Source: Spirochaetia bacterium | GTDB lineage: Bacteria; Spirochaetota; Spirochaetia; CADAEX01 | Length of the DNA stretch: 64,000 nucleotides | Reading direction: 5' to 3' | NCBI GenBank assembly: GCA_045606105.1 | Contig: JAZURI010000002.1 | Coordinates: 160,001 to 224,000, forward strand | In this document: piece after piece, positions 1 to 9,200 of the stretch | How the letters are laid out: the number at the start of each line of letters is the position of its first letter | Numbering within the stretch: position 1 is the stretch's first letter | Program-made: the position numbers and the translations under genes | The notes under the pieces: generated by a model | The model's database searches: none | Seen by the model: only the letters and a program-made list of their open reading frames with translations | What the model was told of the DNA's origin: nothing

Positions 1-309
1 TTCAGCAACGGTAAAATTATCCATAAGCTGAAAATGCTGGTGAACCATTCCGATGCCGAGTTCGAAAGCATCCTTGGGACTCCTTATGACAACATCCTTC
101 CCTCTTATCCTTATCCTGCCGCTGTCAGGTTTTACCAGACCGAAAAGGATATTCATGAGAGTGGATTTACCGGCTCCGTTTTCCCCCAGAAGTGCGTGAA
201 TCTCCCCTTTTGCCACCTTGATGGTTATATTATCATTAGCTTTTATCCCGGGAAAACTCTTGCAGATTCCTATCATTTCTATTTCATATCCGTTGCTATT
301 CTCTGACAA
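1..309 (-). CDS. Nucleoside/sugar (CUT2-type) ABC transporter ATP-binding protein, N-terminal part; runs off the window start
   Basis: Manual minus-strand translation gives (M)SENSNGYEIEMIGICKSFPGIKANDNITIKVAKGEIHALLGENGAGKSTLMN (Walker A). TTG start at 309 after GGAG, directly downstream of a BMP lipoprotein. Not in the ORF track. Confidence 0.9.
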   Translation of the reverse strand, partial: MSENSNGYEIEMIGICKSFPGIKANDNITIKVAKGEIHALLGENGAGKSTLMNILFGLVKPDSGRIRIRGKDVVIRSPKDAFELGIGMVHQHFQLMDNFTVAE

Positions 310-1318
310 TTAATTCTCCCTCTGATATCTTTCTTATGACCTCTTCCAGGCTCCTTAATGTTTCATCGGAAAGATTCGGATTATTTTCCGGAATACCCAT
401 TCCGCCGTTATTCACCCCATGATATTTTATTTCACCGCCGGGAAAATTTCCGGCAATGTAATCCAGGGCATTCCTATAGGCTACCAGAGAGACATTTTTT
501 ATTGCCGATGTAAGTATACATGATGTCCCGTCTCCCAGCTCTCCCAGACTGTATTGGTCGGAATCGACTCCGATAACCCAGACCTTGTTACCTTTCAACC
601 TTCTGTTCTTTGCCTCGTTTATCACCCCTAAACCGGTGGAGCCTGCAGCGGCAAAGACAGCCTTGACCCCTTTTGAATAAAGAGCATTTCCCAGCTGACT
701 GCCCAGAGCCATATCATTGAAAGAGCCGGCATAAATAAAATTGCTCCTGTCTATGATTATATTTGTTCCCAGATTACGGTTTGCATATTCAATACCCTGA
801 ATAAAACCGTTTTCATAACGGATAACCGGAGGAAGCTTTACTCCGCCGACAAAACCAAGCAGTCCTTCCTTTATTTCCAGTGAGGAAGCCACTCCGACCA
901 GAAATCCTCCCTGCTCTTCCCTGAATATGTTTACGGAAACATTCTTTGAAGGGGCTTCCTGAGGAGTAATATCTACAAGTGAAAGGGAAAGTTCCGGATA
1001 ATATCCTGCAGCTATATCAACTATATCAGAAAAGGCATATCCCGGCAGTACAATAAAGCCGTACCCCCGGTCATAAAGATCTGTAAGGCTTGAAATCCTT
1101 TCGGCTACCGACAGGTCTGCAGGTTTGAGATATGTTACCACTGCCCCGGTTTCAGATCCTGCTTTCAGAAGCCCTTCATGGATACCCTGATTGAAGCAAC
1201 GGTCATCCACACCGCCCATATCCACCAGCATCCCCAGCCGGACTCCCTGTTCCTCCTTGCCGCGGCAGGCTGCAAAAAGGACCAGAATCAAAGCAATCAG
1301 AACCAGAATTCTTTTCAT
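296..1318 (-). CDS. BMP/TmpC family ABC transporter substrate-binding lipoprotein
   Basis: Lipobox LFAAC; GGVDDRCFNQG, FREEQGGFLVG, VIGVDSDQ and ILTSAIK motifs. Start moved to MKRILV (1318). Confidence 0.9.
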   Translation of the reverse strand: MKRILVLIALILVLFAACRGKEEQGVRLGMLVDMGGVDDRCFNQGIHEGLLKAGSETGAVVTYLKPADLSVAERISSLTDLYDRGYGFIVLPGYAFSDIVDIAAGYYPELSLSLVDITPQEAPSKNVSVNIFREEQGGFLVGVASSLEIKEGLLGFVGGVKLPPVIRYENGFIQGIEYANRNLGTNIIIDRSNFIYAGSFNDMALGSQLGNALYSKGVKAVFAAAGSTGLGVINEAKNRRLKGNKVWVIGVDSDQYSLGELGDGTSCILTSAIKNVSLVAYRNALDYIAGNFPGGEIKYHGVNNGGMGIPENNPNLSDETLRSLEEVIRKISEGELIVRE

Positions 1319-1330
1319 GTTCACAGTATA
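1319..1330 (-). promoter_or_regulatory. -10 box (TATACT) 6 nt before the BMP ATG; putative leaderless transcript
   Basis: Minus strand reads TATACT-gtgaac-ATG, with no SD. Confidence 0.5.
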
Positions 1331-1403
1331 TAACAAAATTATTGTAATTGGAAGAAAAAGGTTATATATTATTAATATAATAATAAAAGATCGAGGTTTT
1401 ATC

Positions 1404-1607
1404 ATGCCTACTTATGTATATGAATGCTGCAGCTGCGGAAAGGTTTCCGAGGTTTTTCAGTCCATGTCTGACGAGCCTCTGACAACATGTGAAAAATGCG
1501 GCGGAAAGATAAAAAGAATCATTCCCGGAGGCTCATCCGTAGGAATCGTGTTCAAGGGCAGCGGATTCTATTCCACTGACAATTCCCGTTCCGGAGGTAA
1601 ATCCTGA
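1404..1607 (+). CDS. FmdB family zinc-ribbon regulatory protein
   Basis: MPTYVYECCSCG...CEKCGG...IVFKGSGFYSTD is the typical FmdB pattern. ATG at 1404 after GAGG. Confidence 0.9.
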   Translation: MPTYVYECCSCGKVSEVFQSMSDEPLTTCEKCGGKIKRIIPGGSSVGIVFKGSGFYSTDNSRSGGKS

Positions 1608-1609
1608 AA

Positions 1610-2431
1610 ATGGAATTTCTGAACAATACCCTTTTTACGATAGGTCATCTTGAAATATCAATACTGACCATACTCATGCTTTTCCCTATTTTCATCGTTT
1701 CTGCGGTGATGGGAAAGATATTCGGAAAGATAGTAAAGAGATCTCTGAAAAACCATAAAGGACATTTAAGCGATTCATCCCGCTTCAGGATGGAAAAGAT
1801 AACCCAGTACGGGGTTTCTATAATTGCCGTGTTCACCGGTCTTACCATGATAGGAATCGACCTTTCCGTCATAGCCGTGGTTTTCGGTACACTGGGTATC
1901 GGTATCGGTTTCGGTCTCCAGAACTTCATTGCCAACTTCTCGGCCGGACTTATCATTTTCTTTACCAGCCCCATCAAGGAGGGAGACCGTATCACAGTAG
2001 GAACCCAGGAGGGCTATGTTATCAAGATTAACACCATTTCGACCATAGTAAACACACTTATGGATGAAACCATGGTGGTTCCAAACTCCCTGCTCATATC
2101 TGATGTGATTTTCAATCACACCTTTACAGGAAGCGATGTATGTATCGAGAATACAATTATTATTGATTATGCGGCAGATGTGGACAAGGCCCTTGCAGTA
2201 ATGTCCGACGAGCTGAAAAAATGTCCTTATCTCCTTCCGGGATGTGAACCTGATGTCAGGGTTTCATCATTTGAGGAAATAGGTATAAAGCTGGTTTCTT
2301 ATATTTCTATAAGGGATGTAAAGGATAAGGGACGTGCCAGAGCCTGCAACAACCTGAATATACTTCACGCTTTCCAGGATAAGGACATCCCTCTTCCGAC
2401 AAGAAGAATAAATGTGATGGTTAAGAGTTAA
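1610..2431 (+). CDS. mscS: Small-conductance mechanosensitive channel (MscS family)
   Basis: GIGIGFGLQNFIANFSAGLII...PIKEGDRI and VVPNS motifs; N-terminal TM helices. Confidence 0.9.
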   Translation: MEFLNNTLFTIGHLEISILTILMLFPIFIVSAVMGKIFGKIVKRSLKNHKGHLSDSSRFRMEKITQYGVSIIAVFTGLTMIGIDLSVIAVVFGTLGIGIGFGLQNFIANFSAGLIIFFTSPIKEGDRITVGTQEGYVIKINTISTIVNTLMDETMVVPNSLLISDVIFNHTFTGSDVCIENTIIIDYAADVDKALAVMSDELKKCPYLLPGCEPDVRVSSFEEIGIKLVSYISIRDVKDKGRARACNNLNILHAFQDKDIPLPTRRINVMVKS

Positions 2432-2984
2432 CTCTTTCCTGATATTCCTTTGTCTCTGTATTTACAAGAATCTTCTCTCCTTCCTTGATGAAAAGAGGAA
2501 CTCTTACTGTAAGACCGGTTTCAATCTTAACAGGCTTGGTTGTCTTTGTAACTGTATCGCCCTTGATGCCTTCGCTGGCTTCTGTTACCTTGAATACCAT
2601 CTTTGCAGGAAGCTTGATATCAATAGGTCTGTCTTCCCATCTTACTACTCTGTAATCCTGACCCTCAAGCATGAAATAGATCTTGTCCTCAAGACCTTCT
2701 CTTGGAACAGGGAACTGTTCGAAGGTTTCACCTTCCATGAAGTAGTAGTTTTCATCATCTGCGTACATGTACTGGCAGTTGGTTTCTGTTACAGAGATTT
2801 CTTCAGCTGATTCGTTTGTCTTCATTACAGTTGCAAGACCCTGATTGTTCAGAAGGTTCTTGAGCTTGAGACGAACAAATGCGGAACCCTTTCCAGGGTT
2901 TACGAATTCTCTTTCAACTACAAGATATGGCGCATCCTTAACCAGGAGGAACATTCCTTTGTCAATTGCTCCGGCTTTAATCAT
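2421..2984 (-). CDS. efp: Elongation factor P
   Basis: VNPGKGSAFVRLKLKNL and ETGLTVRVPLFIKEGEKILVNT motifs. Confidence 0.97.
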   Translation of the reverse strand: MIKAGAIDKGMFLLVKDAPYLVVEREFVNPGKGSAFVRLKLKNLLNNQGLATVMKTNESAEEISVTETNCQYMYADDENYYFMEGETFEQFPVPREGLEDKIYFMLEGQDYRVVRWEDRPIDIKLPAKMVFKVTEASEGIKGDTVTKTTKPVKIETGLTVRVPLFIKEGEKILVNTETKEYQERVNS

Positions 2985-3122
2985 TTTTATACCTCAAATT
3001 AATAGATTATATATAGTGATTTTATATTTTTATCATAATTAATAACTTTAAACAACAGTTTTTATTTGCAATTTAATAAAATAGATTGTAAAATTATAAT
3101 ATAAACGAAAAGGAAGGTACTT

Positions 3123-3950
3123 ATGGCAATTATTACAATAGCCAGACAGGAAGGAAGTCTCAGCAACGAAATAGCTCTCGAACTGGCTTCCAGGCTGGGT
3201 TGCCAGTGTGTTGCAAACGACCTTATAGTACAGGAGCTTACAACAAAATACGGCATAGATGAAAAGGCCATCAACAAATACGATGAAAAGAAGCCGGGTC
3301 TCCTTGCAAGTCTTACAAACCAGCATGATAAATACAACAACTATTTCAAGCTTTATTTCCTTGAGAAAGCAATCAGCTCCCCTAAATGTATACTTCTGGG
3401 AAGAGGCGGTGCATTTTTTCTCAGGAATGTTCCGGGGGTCCTCAGGATCAGGGTTGTGGGAAACGAGAATCTCAGGGTCCGGAGAATGATGAAGATCAAG
3501 AACATCGATGAGAAGGCTGCAAGAAAGCATGTGGCACTCAGGGACAACGAAAGAGCCGGCTATACAAGGTTCTTCTACAACATGTCATGGGATGATCCGG
3601 GCTCCTACGATATTGTCATCAATACCGACAATCTCACTCCCGATACCATTGCGGCATTCCTTGAAGGAACCATCAATCATTATGAAACCGAGGAATATAC
3701 CGAAAAGCTGGTAACCAGGTTAAATGAGCTCTATATCGCCCAGAAGCTTACCATCCATCTTCTTTACGAGGAAAAGATTCCTATCCATTTCCTTGAAGTC
3801 GATGTGCAGGGAGATCATGTAATTCTCATGGGAACTGTTGAGGTACAGGGTCTTATCGAGCAGGCCGGGGTTGTGGCATCCCAGTATCCGGGAATCAGGA
3901 GCGTTGACAACAAGATAGTCTTTGTCAGCAGCTACCCTCCTATGGCATAG
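3123..3950 (+). CDS. Cytidylate kinase-like family protein with C-terminal BON domain
   Basis: IITIARQEGS, ILLGRGG, DNERAGY and YDIVINT motifs; C-terminal VILMGTV...GIRSVDNKI (BON). Confidence 0.8.
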   Translation: MAIITIARQEGSLSNEIALELASRLGCQCVANDLIVQELTTKYGIDEKAINKYDEKKPGLLASLTNQHDKYNNYFKLYFLEKAISSPKCILLGRGGAFFLRNVPGVLRIRVVGNENLRVRRMMKIKNIDEKAARKHVALRDNERAGYTRFFYNMSWDDPGSYDIVINTDNLTPDTIAAFLEGTINHYETEEYTEKLVTRLNELYIAQKLTIHLLYEEKIPIHFLEVDVQGDHVILMGTVEVQGLIEQAGVVASQYPGIRSVDNKIVFVSSYPPMA

Positions 3951-4785
3951 GAACAGTAAAGTCCTGAAGCTCCAGGCAATATATGTTTTTTCCGGATTCT
4001 CCGGAGGATATGGTTTCCAGGGCGGTTATGAAGGCTGCCTTGAAATCATAGTACAATATTCTTTTCACCTTTTTCCTTTCCCGATCCGAAAGAAATTCAG
4101 GATATGAGTGATAGTTTATCAGGGTAATCCTGTTATCCTCGCTGATATTTTCATTGGAGAGCGTGGAGAGAACCTTTCCTGCAGTTATCAGGATTTCAGC
4201 TTTTTCCTTTCCGAAAATCTCCTTTGTGCTTCCCTCCTGCTCCAGCCGTTTTCCACGGAGGCCCTCTCCGTATCCCTTTCCGAAGGCATCGAACATGAAG
4301 CTGCACAGAGGGTTGTCGTAGTAGATGAAAAGAGTCTCCCGGCCCTCTTCCTTAATTCCGCTGCCCAGCTTTTCAAGAAAAGCTGCCCCTTTTCCCCTGA
4401 TTTCCAGACTTTCATCTATACCTGCAGCAGGACCTACAACCAGACAGTTCCTGCATATATCCTGCTTTCTTATTTCGGGAGTAAAGTAGATGTAGGGTGT
4501 AACGATAACCGGAAGCGGATTCTTCCCGGTACAGTATTTTTCTGCCGCCTCCACAAAATCCTTCTCATCCGCCACAGGAACAGGTTTAAGCCTGAATCCT
4601 TTCCCGGAGGCTGCACTGCGGAGCTCCTTCATGAAATCCTTTTCCCCGGAGGCTGAAAACAGAGGAACATCAAGAACTGCCGCTTCACTGAAATGCCTGT
4701 CATGGAGAAAGATTATTTCGGGTCTGCCGCAGCTGCCCAGCATAAGGAATGCTGTAAGAATCAGCATGAACCTGAATATTTTCAA
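3940..4785 (-). CDS. Hypothetical lipoprotein
   Basis: Signal peptide with LGSC lipobox; overlaps the upstream gene by 4 nt. Confidence 0.65.
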   Translation of the reverse strand: MKIFRFMLILTAFLMLGSCGRPEIIFLHDRHFSEAAVLDVPLFSASGEKDFMKELRSAASGKGFRLKPVPVADEKDFVEAAEKYCTGKNPLPVIVTPYIYFTPEIRKQDICRNCLVVGPAAGIDESLEIRGKGAAFLEKLGSGIKEEGRETLFIYYDNPLCSFMFDAFGKGYGEGLRGKRLEQEGSTKEIFGKEKAEILITAGKVLSTLSNENISEDNRITLINYHSYPEFLSDRERKKVKRILYYDFKAAFITALETISSGESGKNIYCLELQDFTVPMP

Positions 4786-5432
4786 GCCTTGGACTCCGCT
4801 TTGCGGGCTGCCAGGAAGAATATGGCGGTAAATACGATAATAAGACCGGCCAGCAGCACCAGGGACTGGATCCTGTGAAAGCTGTAATAGAGTGCCGAAA
4901 CTGCGGCTGTCTCAAAAGGTACGGCAAGCATGAGAATCAGAACCGGTATCTTCATGGCAACGGTACCCTTGTAGAAGCAAGCTGTAAACAGTGCCGCAAT
5001 CACACACTGGAGAAGCATTGCTGCCGGAAGCATGAAAATAAGATAGGGATCTGCCCAATGGCCGTGGATACTGTAATAGAACTTTGCCATAACACCGACA
5101 AACATGAAAACAGCCATGAAGACGAATGTCCTGTAAAGAATACCTGAAAAGCTTTCGTTCCTGTATCCGGCTGCCATGATGAAGACCGTAATGATACCGA
5201 TGAAGTAGAAATAGAGGTGGTCATGTACCAGGTAATGATAAAAAAGGACCTTGACCGAATCATTCAGCTGAATGAAGCCTGAAAGGAACTTATATGAAAA
5301 TGCTGCCGCGAAAGCAACAAGAACTGCAATAAGAGACCGGAAAAAAAATACTGAAAAACGGCGTTCTCCGGGTATCATCAGACAACCGCCTGTCACCAGC
5401 GCCGCAAACAGGATTATCGGAAACCATATCAT
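4782..5432 (-). CDS. Hypothetical integral membrane protein
   Basis: About 7 hydrophobic segments; preceded by a sigma70-like promoter. Confidence 0.7.
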   Translation of the reverse strand: MIWFPIILFAALVTGGCLMIPGERRFSVFFFRSLIAVLVAFAAAFSYKFLSGFIQLNDSVKVLFYHYLVHDHLYFYFIGIITVFIMAAGYRNESFSGILYRTFVFMAVFMFVGVMAKFYYSIHGHWADPYLIFMLPAAMLLQCVIAALFTACFYKGTVAMKIPVLILMLAVPFETAAVSALYYSFHRIQSLVLLAGLIIVFTAIFFLAARKAESKA

Positions 5433-5467
5433 ATTTTTATAATATTATTTTATTCCAAATTTTTCAA
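5433..5467 (-). promoter_or_regulatory. sigma70-type promoter TTGAAA-N17-TATTAT, 6 nt before ATG (leaderless)
   Basis: -35 at 5467-5462, -10 at 5444-5439, ATG at 5432; no SD. Confidence 0.55.
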
Positions 5468-5536
5468 TAAAACTATTTTATTTAATCACCTTTTATGATA
5501 AATTTTACTAAAATTTTTATATTAAAGAAGTGAAAT

Positions 5537-6562
5537 ATGGAAAAGAAAAACATTGATTGGGGAAATCTCGGATTTTCCTATATGCCTACTGACAAGAGAT
5601 TTGTTTCGAATTTTAAGGACGGAGCCTGGGATGAGGGTGAAATTACAGCAGATTCAACAGTAAAAATCACTGAATGTGCAGGTGTGTTCCAGTATGCCCA
5701 GACATGCTTTGAGGGTCTTAAAGCTTACACAACAGAAGACGGAAGTATCGTTACATTCCGCCCGGATCTCAACGCACAGAGAATGGAAGACAGTGCAAAA
5801 AGACTTGAAATGCCCCCTTTTCCAAAAGATCGTTTCATTCAGGCTGTAATTGATACAGTCAAAGCAAACGAAGCTTATGTTCCGCCGTACGGTTCAGGAG
5901 CAACTCTTTATATCAGACCTAACATGTTTGCAAGCAGCGCCGTTATCGGTGTAAAGCCGGCAGATGAATACCAGTTCAGAATTTTTGTTACCCCTGTAGG
6001 ACCTTACTTCAAGGGCGGTGTAAAGCCTCTTACACTCAGAGTATGTGATCTTGACAGAGCAGCACCTCACGGAACAGGACACATCAAGGCAGGACTCAAC
6101 TATGCAATGAGCCTCCATGCAATCGTGGATGCACACAACAAGGGTTTTGACGAGAACATGTATCTCGATTCCAAGACAAGATCTTTTGTTGAGGAAACAG
6201 GCGGAGCCAACTTCCTTTTTGTAACCAAGGACAACAAGGTTGTAACACCTAAGTCAAACACAATTCTCCCTTCAATCACAAGAAGATCTCTTATGATCGT
6301 AGCAAAGGATTACCTCGGTCTTGAAGTTGAAGAAAGAGAAATTTCCGTTAACGAACTCAGTGAATTTGCTGAATGCGGACTCTGCGGTACAGCTGCAGTT
6401 ATCTCTCCTGTGGGCAAGATCATTGACCACGGCAAGGAAATCTGCTTCCCAAGCGGAATGAGCGAAATGGGACCTGTAACAAAGAAACTTTACGATACAC
6501 TTACCGGAATCCAGATGGGCAGAATCGAAGCTCCTGAAGGATGGATTGTAAAGATCAAATAA
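5537..6562 (+). CDS. ilvE: Branched-chain amino acid aminotransferase
   Basis: QYAQTCFEGLKAY, LYIRP, KAGLNYA (PLP Lys), EETGGANF and ILPSITRRS motifs. Confidence 0.95.
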   Translation: MEKKNIDWGNLGFSYMPTDKRFVSNFKDGAWDEGEITADSTVKITECAGVFQYAQTCFEGLKAYTTEDGSIVTFRPDLNAQRMEDSAKRLEMPPFPKDRFIQAVIDTVKANEAYVPPYGSGATLYIRPNMFASSAVIGVKPADEYQFRIFVTPVGPYFKGGVKPLTLRVCDLDRAAPHGTGHIKAGLNYAMSLHAIVDAHNKGFDENMYLDSKTRSFVEETGGANFLFVTKDNKVVTPKSNTILPSITRRSLMIVAKDYLGLEVEEREISVNELSEFAECGLCGTAAVISPVGKIIDHGKEICFPSGMSEMGPVTKKLYDTLTGIQMGRIEAPEGWIVKIK

Positions 6563-6565
6563 TTT

Positions 6566-7585
6566 TTAAGGATAATTTTTCCTGAAAGCCATTACCTTGG
6601 ACATGATATTCAAAGAAAGGTCTGAGGTAATGCCTTCTTTCAGATAATGGTAGCCCAGCCCTGCAATCATGGCACCGTTGTCACCGCACAGCTTCATTGA
6701 CGGAATATAGACCTCGTACCCTTTTTCGGAAAGGCTGTTCAGGGATTTTCTGAGATAGGAATTGGCTGCAACCCCTCCCCCCGTAACAATCCTGCTGAGA
6801 CCGGCATCTCCTGCCGCTTTCTTAAGTCTTCTTATAAGCATGTCTATTGCTGTTTTCTGGAATGATGCCGCAATATTCTCAGGGGAATCCTCGTATCCCG
6901 GCCTCCTGAACTGATGAATCTGGTTGATGACCGCTGTTTTGAGACCTGAATAGGAAACATCGTACTTATGCTCCCCCTTATGAAGGGAAGGATCCGGAAA
7001 CGCATAGGCATTGCTGTCACCGGCCTGAGCCATCCTGTCTATTATCAAGCCGCCCGGATATCCCCAGCCGTAGAATTTGGCAATCTTGTCAAAGGCCTCA
7101 CCGCAGGCATCATCTATGGTGGTTCCCATAATTTTCATGGAATCGTAGCTTTCTACCACGGCAATGATGGTATGTCCTCCAGAAACCAGAAGCGCCATGT
7201 GAGGATACGGAATATCGTACTCCAGATGGGCGGCATGGATATGGGCATAGATATGGTCTATTCCCACAAACGGTATACCGGAGGCAAAGGAAAGGGATTT
7301 CGCATAGGAAAGCCCCACCAGCAGGGAGCCTGCCAGCCCCGGTCTTGCTGTTACCGCAATACCGTCTATATCACTGAGCTTCATGCCGGCTTCGTCCAGG
7401 GAGGTCCTGATGACTCCCTTAATCCACTCCACATGGGTACGTGAAGCAATTTCCGGTACCACACCCATGAAAGGCTTATGTATATCAATCTGAGTAGCAA
7501 CTACGTTTGAAAGAATTTTCTTGCCGTCTGCAACAACTGCTGCGGAGCATTCATCACAGGAGGACTCTATTCCGAGAATGTTCAA
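6566..7585 (-). CDS. tsaD: tRNA N6-adenosine threonylcarbamoyltransferase TsaD
   Basis: ILGIESSCDE, GVVPEIASRTH, HIYAH, LLVSGGHT, DDACGEAFDK and DNGAMIA motifs. Confidence 0.97.
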   Translation of the reverse strand: MNILGIESSCDECSAAVVADGKKILSNVVATQIDIHKPFMGVVPEIASRTHVEWIKGVIRTSLDEAGMKLSDIDGIAVTARPGLAGSLLVGLSYAKSLSFASGIPFVGIDHIYAHIHAAHLEYDIPYPHMALLVSGGHTIIAVVESYDSMKIMGTTIDDACGEAFDKIAKFYGWGYPGGLIIDRMAQAGDSNAYAFPDPSLHKGEHKYDVSYSGLKTAVINQIHQFRRPGYEDSPENIAASFQKTAIDMLIRRLKKAAGDAGLSRIVTGGGVAANSYLRKSLNSLSEKGYEVYIPSMKLCGDNGAMIAGLGYHYLKEGITSDLSLNIMSKVMAFRKNYP

Positions 7586-7590
7586 CTGAT

Positions 7591-8469
7591 TTATTCCTTA
7601 TCTTTTAATATAAAAAAATCGGATACGGAGCCGAAGCAATAACCCTCCTCAATGAAGTCAGGATAGATTTCAAGCATTGTTTCTGCCAGCTCGGAAGCCC
7701 ATACATGGCCTATCATTACGGCATAACCCTTCTTGTCTGCTATTTCCTTACCCTGATTTATTGCTTCCATTATTTTTTCCTTGGTATCGATATTATCCAA
7801 AAATACATCCCTTTTTACAATGGCAAGACCCTTTTTTTCAGCTATCTCACCGCATACGGATTTTGAGTGGGTGAAACTGTCCACAAAGAAAATACCCCTC
7901 TCCCCGACTACTTCAAGCACCGCATCCATAACCCGTCTGTCTATGGTTGCCGCAGATCCCATATGATTGTTCACCCCCACAATGTGAGGAACGGAATCCA
8001 GGTTTTTCCTGAAGGTGGACCTGATTTCCTCATCACTCATGGAAACATAGATTGCTCCCGGACCGGGATCGTTCTTTCCTACAGCTTCCATAGGCTGATG
8101 AAGCATTACGGTTTTTCCTGCCTTATGCACCATTTCTGCAGCCTCTTCGGAATGGGCCAGATGAGGCAGAACAGCAACTGTCAGCTTGCCCGGAAACCGG
8201 AGAAAAGGCTCAAGCTGTCCGATATTGTGTCCCCCGTCGTCAAGTATTATGTAAATCATTTTCTTGGGCTCTTCCTGAGGGGCAGGTATTTCAGGCTCAG
8301 GAACAGGTGTCACCGGTGTTTCGGGAACTGCCGGGGGAATGACCGGCAGCTCTCCTGCAGGGGATGAAACCTCGGATTTCGGCGAATACAGTATTACGGC
8401 AACAATAAGTATCAAAGCAACGGCAATCGCAATACCGGCTAAAAGCAAAGGTTTGTTGTTCTTTTCCAA
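7591..8469 (-). CDS. Divergent polysaccharide deacetylase family protein (YibQ-like)
   Basis: N-terminal TM and Pro-rich linker; IILDDGG, MLHQPME, GVNNHMGS, RDVFLDN and IGH motifs. Confidence 0.92.
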   Translation of the reverse strand: MEKNNKPLLLAGIAIAVALILIVAVILYSPKSEVSSPAGELPVIPPAVPETPVTPVPEPEIPAPQEEPKKMIYIILDDGGHNIGQLEPFLRFPGKLTVAVLPHLAHSEEAAEMVHKAGKTVMLHQPMEAVGKNDPGPGAIYVSMSDEEIRSTFRKNLDSVPHIVGVNNHMGSAATIDRRVMDAVLEVVGERGIFFVDSFTHSKSVCGEIAEKKGLAIVKRDVFLDNIDTKEKIMEAINQGKEIADKKGYAVMIGHVWASELAETMLEIYPDFIEEGYCFGSVSDFFILKDKE

Positions 8470-8512
8470 GATTTCTGCTCCCTTATATTATATTATACAA
8501 ACAAAAATTCCA

Positions 8513-9187
8513 TTAAGCAAGGGAATAAAAGAATTCGCGGATTTCACGCCCTTTTGCAACACCCTTGGTTTCAAATTTTGTAACCGGTCTCCAGGGTGCG
8601 GCTCCGGCAGCTTTAACCAGACCCGGCTCCCCTTCCAGTACCTTATGCATCTGCTCTGCATAATCGGCCCAGTCGGTAACTGTATAGACATATCCTCCGG
8701 CCTTCAGCTTCCGTACCATGAAGGAGGCAAAGCTGCTGTTTATGAGTCTTCTCTTGTTATGCTTCTTCTTCTGCCACGGATCGGGAAAAAAAATATGGAA
8801 ACCGGCAAGAGAGCTGTCATCAATCATGTTTTCCAGGATTTCGCAGGCATCGTGATTCATCACCCTGACATTGGAAAGTCCCTTTTCATGAACCATGTTG
8901 AGCAGAGCCCCCACTCCGGGAGGATAGACATCAACAGCTATGATATTGACCGACGGATTCCTTTCTGCCATCTGCCATGTGGCGGTACCGTCACCGAAGC
9001 CTATTTCCATAACCACGGGATTTGAATTTCCGAACACCCGGGTAAAATCAAGCTTTTTCCCCTCTTCAAAGGGAATGCCGTAGAGAGCTGTATAGTTGTC
9101 CATGGCATTGCGCTGAAGATTTGTCATACGACCGCTTCTGACGATAAAGCTTTTTATTGTCTTAATATATTTCTTTTCCTCTTCCAT
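8513..9187 (-). CDS. trmB: tRNA (guanine-N7)-methyltransferase
   Basis: MEIGFGDG, FFPDPWQKKKHNKRRL, TDWADYA and TKFE motifs. Confidence 0.96.
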   Translation of the reverse strand: MEEEKKYIKTIKSFIVRSGRMTNLQRNAMDNYTALYGIPFEEGKKLDFTRVFGNSNPVVMEIGFGDGTATWQMAERNPSVNIIAVDVYPPGVGALLNMVHEKGLSNVRVMNHDACEILENMIDDSSLAGFHIFFPDPWQKKKHNKRRLINSSFASFMVRKLKAGGYVYTVTDWADYAEQMHKVLEGEPGLVKAAGAAPWRPVTKFETKGVAKGREIREFFYSLA

Positions 9188-9200
9188 ATTTCCTCTGAAA

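Noticed and set aside
34-306. 90-aa + strand ORF
   Set aside because: Antisense shadow of the ABC ATPase Walker A region on the minus strand.
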